Below, one piece after another: positions 1 to 8,440 of a DNA stretch of 28,576 nucleotides (position 1 is its first letter; every line of letters starts with the position of its first letter). Source of the stretch: Mollicutes bacterium (GTDB lineage Bacteria; Bacillota_I; Bacilli_A; Izemoplasmatales; Izemoplasmataceae); contig PUMO01000174.1 of the NCBI GenBank assembly GCA_003551405.1, positions 1 to 28,576 on the forward strand, given 5' to 3'. A program made the position numbers and the translations under genes. The notes beneath the pieces were generated by a model. That model ran no database searches. It was not told the DNA's origin and saw only the letters and a program-made list of their open reading frames with translations.

Positions 1-16
1 ATAATCTTGCAATAAA

Positions 17-51
17 AAAGTCATTTCCCTTAAGGACTGGGAAATGACTTT
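17..51. terminator. Intrinsic terminator hairpin, probably bidirectional, downstream of pfpI
   Basis: AAAGTCATTTCCC (17-29) pairs with GGGAAATGACTTT (39-51), flanked by A and T runs, 4 nt from the stop at 56-58. Confidence 0.85.
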
Positions 52-55
52 GTTT

Positions 56-562
56 TTATTTTAGCGCTTTAATGATTGCTTGTGCAAATACAGGAAGGTC
101 TTTTGGGGTTCTTGAGGTGATGATATTACCATCTGTAACCACCGCTTGATCAACAAATGTGGCTCCGGCATTTTCAAGATCAACTTTGAGTGTGTGAAAA
201 CCAGTCATGGTTCTCCTGCTTAAGTCGATACTGGAAATTAGTAACCATGCGCCATGACAAATCGCAGCGATCGGTTTATTCTGTGCATTAATCGCATTTG
301 TAAAGGCGATGGTATCGGCATTACGGCGCATGTAATCAGGAGAAAAGCCACCAGGAATAATGAGCGCATCATAATCTTTCGCGTTCACCTCGCTGCTTGC
401 CTTGTCACTGGTTGAGGGTAGGCCGTTTTTGCTTTTGTAGGTTTCGCCGGCTTTTGAGCCAATGAGATCCACCTCGAAGCCTGCTTCTTGCATACGAAAA
501 TAGGGGTAGAGCAACTCTTTATCGTCATAATAATTTTCCAACAAAATTGCAATGCGTTTCAT
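56..562 (-). CDS. pfpI: PfpI/DJ-1 family (type 1 glutamine amidotransferase-like) protease/deglycase, 168 aa
   Basis: MKRIAILLENYYDDKELLYP, DALIIPGG, nucleophile elbow AICHG, SRTPKDLP. Start moved to ATG 562 because AGGAGG lies at 569-574. Confidence 0.88.
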   Translation of the reverse strand: MKRIAILLENYYDDKELLYPYFRMQEAGFEVDLIGSKAGETYKSKNGLPSTSDKASSEVNAKDYDALIIPGGFSPDYMRRNADTIAFTNAINAQNKPIAAICHGAWLLISSIDLSRRTMTGFHTLKVDLENAGATFVDQAVVTDGNIITSRTPKDLPVFAQAIIKALK

Positions 563-634
563 ATGTAGCCTCCTAAGTAAACGATTTACACTCATTATAA
601 TCGATTCATGGCTAAAAAGTAAAAAGTTGTACAT

Positions 635-1306
635 TCACGCCAAATGTTCGATGACATCCGCGTAAGCTTGCAATGCTTTCTTACCATCTTCACTTAATGC
701 ATAGACACCGCGTGAAACGCGTACAAACCATGCATAATGGTTATCTTGTAGCACACGCGTTGTTTTCATCTCCCCCGTATAATCAACAATATCTTTTAAA
801 GGTTTCTCTCCATCTTTTAAAAAGTATGCAATGCGCAAAGCGAGCTCACGGTATGAAGTGATGATTTTAGTGCGTGTCACGCCCCCTTCATTGATAGCCG
901 TTTGTCTTAAAAGGAACTCCTTTTCAAGTTTTCGCCTTTTCTTTGCATCTTTTCTTGGTGTAGGAAGGGCTGGGTCCACCAAAAATGTGATATGGTCATT
1001 GTCAACATCCACCAGCATTAATCCCAGGCCCAATCGCTTGGTAATGGTTTGTTTTTCTTTAAAGGTTTTTGAACGCAAGGTTTTTTCAGTAGGTTTTGGA
1101 ATGGCTAAGTATACATAATCGGATAATTTTTGTCTCTCACTGCCTTGATAAATGAGTGAAATGGAAAAACTGGTTTTCATTTCTACAAGCAGTGTTTTAT
1201 TGTCCTTTTTTGCCATGATATCGACACTGTTGACTTCCGCTTTAACGCTAAATCCCAGTGCATTCAATTGCTTTTTGATTACCGGAAACATTGCGGTTTC
1301 TTGCAT
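635..1306 (-). CDS. DUF2161 family putative PD-(D/E)XK-type phosphodiesterase
   Basis: VKAEVNSVDIMA...LVEMK...YQGSERQ...YVYLAIP, C-terminal T.YRE.ALRIA and LQDNHYAWFVRVSRGVYAL. GGAGG RBS upstream. Confidence 0.8.
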   Translation of the reverse strand: MQETAMFPVIKKQLNALGFSVKAEVNSVDIMAKKDNKTLLVEMKTSFSISLIYQGSERQKLSDYVYLAIPKPTEKTLRSKTFKEKQTITKRLGLGLMLVDVDNDHITFLVDPALPTPRKDAKKRRKLEKEFLLRQTAINEGGVTRTKIITSYRELALRIAYFLKDGEKPLKDIVDYTGEMKTTRVLQDNHYAWFVRVSRGVYALSEDGKKALQAYADVIEHLA

Positions 1307-1438
1307 GTGTCAACCCTCCATCCATTTGGTTTATTCTACCATGTTCCTAAGTGGGTGCAAGCGCAATCCCATAATTGCACGTGTCAATATGTCTTGTATA
1401 ATGACAGTGCATATAAAAACTGTTTTAGGAGGGGGTTT

Positions 1439-1850
1439 GTGGATAAGTCAAACCCAATTGTGGCGTTTTTAGAGGGTGAATGGCAATGTGAAACAGTGCG
1501 CGTATGTGACGGAGAAATTTCTAAAAATTCGTATGAAGAAACCATGCGTAAAATTGATGAGCATACACTTGAAAAAGACAGCCTACGGTATTATGAATGG
1601 GAAGGATTTAACCAAACCAATGGAACGTTCCTTAGAAGATGGCACCGTCACATTGGTCCAGGATGCTTTTGTGGCCACAGGGACGCTTAAAGGCAATGTA
1701 GTGAATTTATCAGGAAAAACTGAGGATAACACGCATCATATGTTAAAGATGGTGCTCATGGACAATGTGTTTATCTACCATTCAGAAGTGTGGAAAAAGG
1801 ATATGATTGTGGACACGCAATGGGCACATGTACGTCGTTTGAAAGAATGA
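1439..1850 (+). pseudogene. Hypothetical protein (~136 aa when rejoined) split by a +1 frameshift near 1572-1576
   Basis: AGGAGG then GTG 1439 opens VDKSNPIVAFLEGEWQCETV...IDEHTLEK. Removing one A from GAAAAAG (1571-1577) continues as TAYGIMNGKDL...HVRRLKE* to 1850. The two ORF-track ORFs (1268..1690, 1476..1850) are its halves. Confidence 0.6.
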
Positions 1851-1990
1851 ACTTTCTTTTTTTATAAAACTAAGCCATTTAATTATAATTTTTACAAAAT
1901 GCTTTATTCATTGTTGTGTCATTGTTATGATGACGGTGTAGAAACAATCATGTTTCCACCAAATCATAAATTTCTTAGGAGGATTTTTTG

Positions 1991-2413
1991 ATGAATGTAC
2001 TTATTGTATATGGGAGCACAACAGGCAATACAGAATCCGTTGCGGAAATGATTAAAGAACATATTGCACATGATGCAGAAGTTGTGGATGTGACGGAAGT
2101 TGACCTTGAAGCATTGAAGCAAGCAGATTTAGTTTTGTTTGGTGCTTCAACTTGGGATCTTGGCGGCATACAGGAAGATTTTGAAGAATTCATGGAAGAA
2201 CAATTTTCTAAAGACTTACTTGAAGGCAAAGACGTCGCTGTCTTTGGGTGCGGAGATTCTGAATCCTATCCGGATGACTTTGCTACTGCAACGGATCAAA
2301 TTGTTGATGAAGCTAAGAAAAATGGTGCCAACATTGTTGCGGAAACGTTGAAAGTGGATGGCGATGTTGAAGACAATGAAGAGGCCATCATTGAATTTGC
2401 CTTACAGTTTTAA
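1991..2413 (+). CDS. Short-chain flavodoxin, 140 aa
   Basis: FMN-binding IVYGSTTGNTE, FGASTW, AVFGCGDS. RBS AGGAGGA before ATG 1991. Confidence 0.95.
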   Translation: MNVLIVYGSTTGNTESVAEMIKEHIAHDAEVVDVTEVDLEALKQADLVLFGASTWDLGGIQEDFEEFMEEQFSKDLLEGKDVAVFGCGDSESYPDDFATATDQIVDEAKKNGANIVAETLKVDGDVEDNEEAIIEFALQF

Positions 2414-2431
2414 TCATTAATATTTTCTGAT

Positions 2432-2472
2432 AAAAACGGCCAAACGCCTTTTATAGGTGTTTGGCCGTTTTT
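2432..2472. terminator. Bidirectional intrinsic terminator between flavodoxin and ABC permease
   Basis: AAAAACGGCCAAACGCCT / AGGTGTTTGGCCGTTTTT stem between convergent genes. Confidence 0.88.
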
Positions 2473-3222
2473 TTACGTGTATTCGGTATCAGAAGACGTT
2501 TGTAGGCGTTTAAGTAAACTTTCTATTAAAAGCACAATCAAAATAATAATGATGGTCCATGCGAATACATCGGCATATTGGATGTTGATGCGTCCCAAAT
2601 AAAGCATGCGTCCAATGCTGATTTGTGTCTGGGCGATGAATTCTGCCATGACTAAGACTTTAAATCCGAGCCCAACACTTTGGAACAATCCAGTTTTAAT
2701 GTAAGGCAGTGCGAGCGGAAAATAGACATAAAGTAATTTCTTTGATTTGTTGACCGCTTCAATGCGCGTGGCATGAACCAACTGCGTATTGACATTGATC
2801 ACACCATGCGCCGAAGCTTCAAACATAATTGGGAAAATGATGAGAAAACCGATGATATAGACGGCTTGTTGTTGTCCGTATAATATGAGTATGACAACAA
2901 TTAAGGACGCAACAGGCAAACTGCGTAAGCCTGTAACCACTGGACGCAACAACGTATAAACCGTTTTGGAAAAACCGGCAATGACACCTAAAATAATACC
3001 GATGAACAGTGAGGTTGCCAACGATATAAGTAATCGAAATAATGTAAAAAGAATGATTCGATACGTTTCAATTTGGCTTAATAGGGTGGTAAGCGACGCC
3101 CATACATTGGCCGGAAAAGGGAATAAAGTTGCATTATCCACCATGGTTGCTCGGATTTGCCAAATGATGAGTAAAGTACCAAGGGTGATGGTGTATAGAG
3201 TGATCTCTTTAATTTTAGTCAT
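2473..3222 (-). CDS. ABC transporter permease, NitT/TauT (SsuC/TauC-like) family
   Basis: TLFRLLISL...GIILG, LRPVVTGLRSLPVASL, EAA-like loop ATRIEA...LYVYFPLALPYI, FKVLVMAEFI; several TM helices. Confidence 0.88.
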   Translation of the reverse strand: MTKIKEITLYTITLGTLLIIWQIRATMVDNATLFPFPANVWASLTTLLSQIETYRIILFTLFRLLISLATSLFIGIILGVIAGFSKTVYTLLRPVVTGLRSLPVASLIVVILILYGQQQAVYIIGFLIIFPIMFEASAHGVINVNTQLVHATRIEAVNKSKKLLYVYFPLALPYIKTGLFQSVGLGFKVLVMAEFIAQTQISIGRMLYLGRINIQYADVFAWTIIIILIVLLIESLLKRLQTSSDTEYT

Positions 3223-4168
3223 CTAAATCGACAGATCGATAAAAGTCATCATCTGGCAGACTTCCACCGATTAAATCTGCTTCAAGTGAAAGAATTTGCT
3301 CAAAAAAGTGTTCCACATCACCGGTGGATTCCGTACTGGTTTGTAACCGGAGGTTGCTTCTGGGGATTGCGTTTTGCATCACAGGTTCTGGAAATGGATA
3401 ATCAAGTGATGCGGCATGCGAGGCCATGGTTTCAGGGTCATCATTTGCAAGGTCAATGGACGCTTTTAACCCATCAAGATAAGTTTTCAGCGCATCATCG
3501 CTCACATCTTCATGAACAAATAGTCCGGCTTGAGGATAGCCTGCTTTGTCAAATGTATCGTACCAAGCGTCTTGCAAATCAATGAATGAAAGGGAGTCAT
3601 CAATTTGTGTCTGTTGAACACTGAGTGCTGGCTCGGCCAGCAATACGATATTTTGTGAATCACTTTGGAGTACCCCTCCAGCAGCGTCCACACTATCAAC
3701 ATAATCAATTGTGGGATGATCATCAAAATCATGGCTATCAAGTAATGTACGCACAATGATATCTGGTACTGAATTTTGTCCGAACAAAGTGATTGTTTCG
3801 CCTTCTAAATCATCGAAATTGTCAATCGTTTTTCCGCTTGCCAAATATAAATTGCCAAAACTTACAACTGCAGCCAATTGATAGGGTGTGCCTGATTGAT
3901 ATAAATTCGCACCCTGATTCGTTGGCGCAAAGATTAAGTCATGACTTTCACTGCCGAAAGCACTGACCAGCATATCCGGCCCAGCAACGACGTCCACTTC
4001 ATATTCGAGAGGTTCAATATAATCGGAGTCAAACTCGATCAATACTTGCGACAGTGATGGTGCGCCATTAGGCGCAATGGCACTTAAGGATTCTTCCTCC
4101 AATTCTGCTTCACATGCTGTAAGCACGCTTAGCGTTAACGCTAACAATAATACAATATATTTTTTCAT
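3215..4168 (-). CDS. ABC transporter substrate-binding lipoprotein, NitT/TauT/NMT1-like
   Basis: Signal peptide MKKYIVLLLALTLSVLTAC (lipobox), APNGAPSL, DLIFAPTNQGANLY, VLLAEP, GYPQAGLFV. RBS AGGAGGT before ATG 4168. Overlaps the permease start by 8 nt. Confidence 0.85.
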   Translation of the reverse strand: MKKYIVLLLALTLSVLTACEAELEEESLSAIAPNGAPSLSQVLIEFDSDYIEPLEYEVDVVAGPDMLVSAFGSESHDLIFAPTNQGANLYQSGTPYQLAAVVSFGNLYLASGKTIDNFDDLEGETITLFGQNSVPDIIVRTLLDSHDFDDHPTIDYVDSVDAAGGVLQSDSQNIVLLAEPALSVQQTQIDDSLSFIDLQDAWYDTFDKAGYPQAGLFVHEDVSDDALKTYLDGLKASIDLANDDPETMASHAASLDYPFPEPVMQNAIPRSNLRLQTSTESTGDVEHFFEQILSLEADLIGGSLPDDDFYRSVDLDD

Positions 4169-4186
4169 TCTACACCTCCTAGTCAT

Positions 4187-4231
4187 TATGGTATACTATA
4201 CATGTCGATAATAGGTGTAACATATATCACA
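4187..4231 (+). promoter_or_regulatory. Extended -10 (TG-G-TATACT) plus Crp-type operator TGTAACATATATCACA for regulator 1
   Basis: TATGGTATACT at 4187-4197. Imperfect palindrome at 4216-4231 directly abuts RBS GGAGGG. Same layout is seen at 9058-9101. Confidence 0.7.
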
Positions 4232-4241
4232 GGAGGGTATA

Positions 4242-4841
4242 ATGGAAAAAATTTTTTCGATACCGATGTTTCGCTCGAAAATATCTAAGCCATACCACTA
4301 CCGAGAAAATGAAATTGTTTGTACGGAAAGTAGTTATTGTAGTCAAGTTGGTTTTATTATCAAAGGGGAACTTGAACTTATTCACTACACCCTTCATGGT
4401 GATGAAGTGACGTTGGCGACGCTTAAGGAAAATAATATGTTTGGTGATTTTTTAGTGTTCACTGACCAGCCTTTTTATCCTGGGACCCTTGTTGTAAAAA
4501 AAGCAGCGGTGATTCGTTTTTTAGACCGAGACAAATTAAATGCTTTATTGCGCGAAAGCGAACAGTTTCGCCAATTATTTCTTACCCATATCAGTCAAAA
4601 AGCAATGACGATGAACCGGCAGAATAAATTATTGCTTCAACCGACCATTCGTGAAAAAGTGCATTACTATATAGCCAGAGAAGCCACTACGTATAAACCG
4701 AAAGTTCGTTATAAAAACAAAACGGCCCTAGCAAAAACAATGAATGTTCAAAGACCCTCTTTGGTTAGAGAACTCAAAAAAATGAAGGCCGAAGGCGTCA
4801 TCGATTATGATGCGTCCTATTTATGGTTTGTCCAACGATAA
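4242..4841 (+). CDS. Crp/Fnr family transcriptional regulator (paralog 1)
   Basis: cNMP-binding-like beta-barrel (VGFIIKGEL...NMFGDFLVF...YPGTLV) and C-terminal HTH ALAKTMNVQRPSLVRELKKM. Confidence 0.92.
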   Translation: MEKIFSIPMFRSKISKPYHYRENEIVCTESSYCSQVGFIIKGELELIHYTLHGDEVTLATLKENNMFGDFLVFTDQPFYPGTLVVKKAAVIRFLDRDKLNALLRESEQFRQLFLTHISQKAMTMNRQNKLLLQPTIREKVHYYIAREATTYKPKVRYKNKTALAKTMNVQRPSLVRELKKMKAEGVIDYDASYLWFVQR

Positions 4842-4846
4842 TAAGT

Positions 4847-4872
4847 AAGGCTGTGTTACACAGTCTTTTTTT
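4847..4872 (+). terminator. Intrinsic terminator after regulator 1
   Basis: AAGGCTGTG-TTA-CACAGTCTT followed by a T run. Confidence 0.75.
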
Positions 4873-4889
4873 ATGGAGTCTTCAACGGT

Positions 4890-4918
4890 TTGACACATCA
4901 TGTAAGCGCTTCTATACT
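4890..4918 (+). promoter_or_regulatory. SigmaA-type promoter for hydCBA operon 1
   Basis: TTGACA (4890-4895), 17 bp spacer, TATACT (4913-4918). Confidence 0.8.
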
Positions 4919-4965
4919 GAAACATAGGAAAGATTTCAATCATAATATAGAAAAGAGGTGTTTCA

Positions 4966-5421
4966 GTGTTAGAAAGTATTTTAAGCAAATATCCTAAAGA
5001 ACAAGACATGCTGATTGAAATTTTACTCGATGTGCAAAATCAAAAGACTGATCAATATCTAAGCGAAGCGGAAATTGAACAGATTGCATCCTATTTGTCG
5101 CTTCCTACCGCACATGTTAGCAGTGCTGTAAGTTTTTACACATTTTTTTCAACACAAAGGCGCGGCGAACATGTTATTCAGGTGTGTAAGGATGTCCCCT
5201 GCTATCTTAATGATAGCGACAATTTGGTTGATACCATTCAAAAACAACTGGGCATAGGGATGCATGAAACGACTGAAGACGGTATGTTCACATTAGAACC
5301 GACAAGTTGTCTCGGAATATGCGATGGTGCGCCGGCCATGCGGATTGGTGAACACACCTACACCAAGCTAAACAAGGACAGGGTGACGGCACTACTTGCT
5401 GAATATAGGGGGAAACGTTGA
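4966..5421 (+). CDS. hydC: [FeFe]-hydrogenase gamma subunit (NuoE/HydC-like, [2Fe-2S]), operon 1
   Basis: VSFYTFF, QVCKDVPCYL...SCLGICDGAP (C-x4-C...C-x3-C). GTG start after GAGGTG. Confidence 0.9.
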   Translation: MLESILSKYPKEQDMLIEILLDVQNQKTDQYLSEAEIEQIASYLSLPTAHVSSAVSFYTFFSTQRRGEHVIQVCKDVPCYLNDSDNLVDTIQKQLGIGMHETTEDGMFTLEPTSCLGICDGAPAMRIGEHTYTKLNKDRVTALLAEYRGKR

Positions 5422-6686
5422 TGGAACAAAAACTACTTACCAAACACATCCCGGGTATGGATCCTATGAATATTCAAGCGTATCTTGATGTGGAAGGCTA
5501 TCAGTCATTTTTTAAGGCATTTAAAACACAGCCGCTTGACATTATCGGTGATATTGAAAAATCCAAATTGCGCGGACGCGGTGGTGCTGCTTTTCCAGTG
5601 CACATCAAAATGATGTCAATGGCTAAACAAAAAGAAACCACACGTTATATCATTTGCAATGCGGATGAAGGTGAACCTGGAAATTTTAAAGATCGTTATT
5701 TGATGGAAAATAATCCACACCAGTTATTGGAAGGCATGTTGATTGCGGCGTATGCAACGCGCGCAAATAAAGGGTACATTTATATACGAGGAGAATTTGA
5801 TACACCCATTAAGATTATGCATGAAGCCATTAGGCAGGCTAAAGCACACGGTTTGCTTGGAACCAACATTCAGGGAAGTGGCTTTGATTTTGATCTTGAA
5901 ATAAGAAGTGGGGCCGGATCATATGTTTGCGGTGAAGAATTTGCGCTGATTGAGTCCATCGAAGGTAAATCCGGGCGCACACGAGTCAAACCCCCTTTCC
6001 CGACTGATGTGGGTCTCTTTGGCAAACCAACACTTATCAATAATGTCGAAACGTTTTCCAATCTTCCATGGATTCTTGCCATGGGAGGTGAGGCGTTTGC
6101 CTCCATTGGGACAGAATCTTCTACAGGCACAAAACTCGTGTCTGTTTCAGGCAATGTAAAACATCCAGGTGTCTATGAAGTGCCCTTTGGCGTCCCGATT
6201 CGTGATGTCATTGATACACTTGGGGGTGGCACACAAAACGCTCAAAAAATTGGCATGGTCCAACTAAGTGGCGCAAGTGGTCCGATCATTCCGGAATATA
6301 TGCTTGATTTGACCATCGATTTTGACCGTTTTGAAGACTTTGATTCTAAAACCGGAGCCGGTGCCATCATTGTCATGGATGATCAAAAAGATATGTTTAA
6401 TATTTTAAAACGGATTTCGGATTTCTTCGAACATGAGTCTTGTGGAAAATGTACACCATGTCGTGAGGGCAATGTCCATATGAGCAAATTGTTGAATAAA
6501 TTCCTGCAAAGCGATGCGACTGAAAAAGATTTGATGAACTTGGAGTCTTTATCGCGCGTCATGCATCAAACGTCATTGTGCGGGCTCGGACAAAGTGCTC
6601 CAACCGCAGTCCTTTCAACACTGAAGTATTTCCGTGACACGTATTTTGACCGGATAGAACATCCGCAAGAAGGGGGGCTTGCTTAA
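5421..6686 (+). CDS. hydB: [FeFe]-hydrogenase beta subunit, short NuoF-like form (FMN/NADH plus one [4Fe-4S]); predicted non-bifurcating type
   Basis: LRGRGGAAFP, CNADEGEPGNFKDR, GAGSYVCGEE, HESCGKCTPCREG...CGLG. No N-terminal thioredoxin-like domain and no C-terminal ferredoxin. ATG overlaps the hydC stop (TGATG). Confidence 0.9.
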   Translation: MEQKLLTKHIPGMDPMNIQAYLDVEGYQSFFKAFKTQPLDIIGDIEKSKLRGRGGAAFPVHIKMMSMAKQKETTRYIICNADEGEPGNFKDRYLMENNPHQLLEGMLIAAYATRANKGYIYIRGEFDTPIKIMHEAIRQAKAHGLLGTNIQGSGFDFDLEIRSGAGSYVCGEEFALIESIEGKSGRTRVKPPFPTDVGLFGKPTLINNVETFSNLPWILAMGGEAFASIGTESSTGTKLVSVSGNVKHPGVYEVPFGVPIRDVIDTLGGGTQNAQKIGMVQLSGASGPIIPEYMLDLTIDFDRFEDFDSKTGAGAIIVMDDQKDMFNILKRISDFFEHESCGKCTPCREGNVHMSKLLNKFLQSDATEKDLMNLESLSRVMHQTSLCGLGQSAPTAVLSTLKYFRDTYFDRIEHPQEGGLA

Positions 6687-8398
6687 TGCCTACAATTACA
6701 ATAAATAATCAAAAGATTGAGGCTAAAGAAGGTCAAACCATCTTAGAAGTTGCTAAAGATCATCATATAGACATTCCGACGCTTTGTCATTTTCCCGATT
6801 TGGATGTCCAATCAGATTGCCGTATTTGTATGAGTGAAATCGTCGGACAGAAAAAATTGGCACCATCATGTTCTACGCCCGTTAAAGAAGGCATGGAAAT
6901 CAAAACCAATTCACAGCGTGTATATAATGCTAGAAAAACCATTACTGAATTGCTTCTGAGCAATCATGATACCAACTGTACTGCATGTGAGCGCAATATG
7001 AATTGTGAACTCCAAACGCTTGCGGACACACTTGGAATTGATGAGAATCGTTTTGAAAACATTTTAGAGCATGAACCAATTGACGACAATAACCCTTCAA
7101 TAACCCGCAATGCGGATCGCTGTATTAAGTGTGGGCGTTGTATTGAAGTATGTAAAAATGTCCAGGGCATTCACGTGCTTGATTATATGAATCGCTCCCA
7201 TGACACCAAGGTTGCGCCGGCCCATGGCAAATTTTTAAATGATCAAGTGTGTACCTATTGTGGTCAGTGTGCCAATGTATGTCCCGTCGCCAGCATTACT
7301 GAAAAGAGTGATCTTGAAAAAGTGACGCACGCCATTCATGATGAAACTAAACATGTCATCGTTCAAACCGCCCCTGCCACCCGTGTCTCACTCGGTGAAA
7401 CACTTGGTATGGACAGCGGTTCCATTGTGACCGGTCAAATGGTCGCAGCGCTCAGACGCGTTGGGTTTGATAAAGTCTTCGACACAGATTTCACAGCTGA
7501 TTTAACCATTATGGAAGAAGGTCATGAATTATTATCACGCGTTAAAGAGGGCGGAAAACTCCCCATGATTACCAGCTGTTGTCCAGGATGGGTCAATTAT
7601 GCCGAACAGAAGAATCCCGATATGCTTGATCACTTATCGACTGCGAAAAGTCCCCAACAAATGTTTGGCGCGTTAGCCAAAACATATTACGCTGAAAAAG
7701 AGCATATTGATCCAAATAATGTTTATGTTGTTTCGATTATGCCTTGTACAGCGAAAAAATTTGAAGCCGCTCGTGAGGAAATGCAAGTTCATAAGGAAAC
7801 GGCGGATGTTGATGCTGTCTTAACCACACGCGAACTGGGTAAAATGATTAAACGTGCTGGTGTGAATTTCAAAAACATTGGTGAGGAATCTTATGATGCA
7901 CCATTTGGCATCACCTCAGGTGCTGGCGCTATTTTTGGCGCAACAGGTGGTGTCATGGAAGCAGCTTTGCGCACAGTCAGTGAAGTTGTTAATGAAAAGC
8001 CGCTTGAGAAACTTGATTTTGAAGATATCCGTGGCATGGAGGGCATCAAGGAAGCCAGCGTGACGCTTGGTGAGAACACATTTAAAGTTGCGGTTGCACA
8101 CACCCTTTCCAATGCTCAAAAAGTTCTTGATGATATTAAAGCGGGTGTTTCACCCTATGCCTTCATTGAAGTGATGGCCTGTCCCGGTGGTTGCATTGGC
8201 GGGGGTGGTCAGCCTTATACCACAACCAATGCTAAACGCCAAGAACGCATAGATGCCATCTATAACGTTGATACAGCCATGAAACTAAGAAAGTCACACG
8301 AAAATCCTGCCGTTAATACGTTATATGAAGAATACTTGAGTGAGCCACTTTCTAAACGCGCACATGATTTACTTCACACGCATTATAAACCACGCTAA
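6686..8398 (+). CDS. hydA: [FeFe]-hydrogenase catalytic alpha subunit (group A, M3-type FeS arm), operon 1, 570 aa
   Basis: [2Fe-2S] (LCH...CRIC...SC), HDTNCTACERNMNC, CIKCGRC and CTYCGQC. H-cluster motifs TSCCPGW, MPCTAKKFE, EVMACPGGCIGGGGQP. Confidence 0.96.
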   Translation: MPTITINNQKIEAKEGQTILEVAKDHHIDIPTLCHFPDLDVQSDCRICMSEIVGQKKLAPSCSTPVKEGMEIKTNSQRVYNARKTITELLLSNHDTNCTACERNMNCELQTLADTLGIDENRFENILEHEPIDDNNPSITRNADRCIKCGRCIEVCKNVQGIHVLDYMNRSHDTKVAPAHGKFLNDQVCTYCGQCANVCPVASITEKSDLEKVTHAIHDETKHVIVQTAPATRVSLGETLGMDSGSIVTGQMVAALRRVGFDKVFDTDFTADLTIMEEGHELLSRVKEGGKLPMITSCCPGWVNYAEQKNPDMLDHLSTAKSPQQMFGALAKTYYAEKEHIDPNNVYVVSIMPCTAKKFEAAREEMQVHKETADVDAVLTTRELGKMIKRAGVNFKNIGEESYDAPFGITSGAGAIFGATGGVMEAALRTVSEVVNEKPLEKLDFEDIRGMEGIKEASVTLGENTFKVAVAHTLSNAQKVLDDIKAGVSPYAFIEVMACPGGCIGGGGQPYTTTNAKRQERIDAIYNVDTAMKLRKSHENPAVNTLYEEYLSEPLSKRAHDLLHTHYKPR

Positions 8399-8401
8399 AA
8401 C

Positions 8402-8440
8402 AAAAGCCAGAATGCCTTTTTCAGGTCATTCTGGCTTTTT
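8402..8440. terminator. Bidirectional terminator between hydA (operon 1) and regulator 2
   Basis: AAAAGCCAGAATG...CATTCTGGCTTTT stem with A and T flanks. Confidence 0.85.

Noticed and set aside
4845-4863. GTAAG...GTTAC as a third Crp box upstream of hyd operon 1
   Set aside because: Spacing is N5 rather than N4, and the sequence is explained by the terminator hairpin
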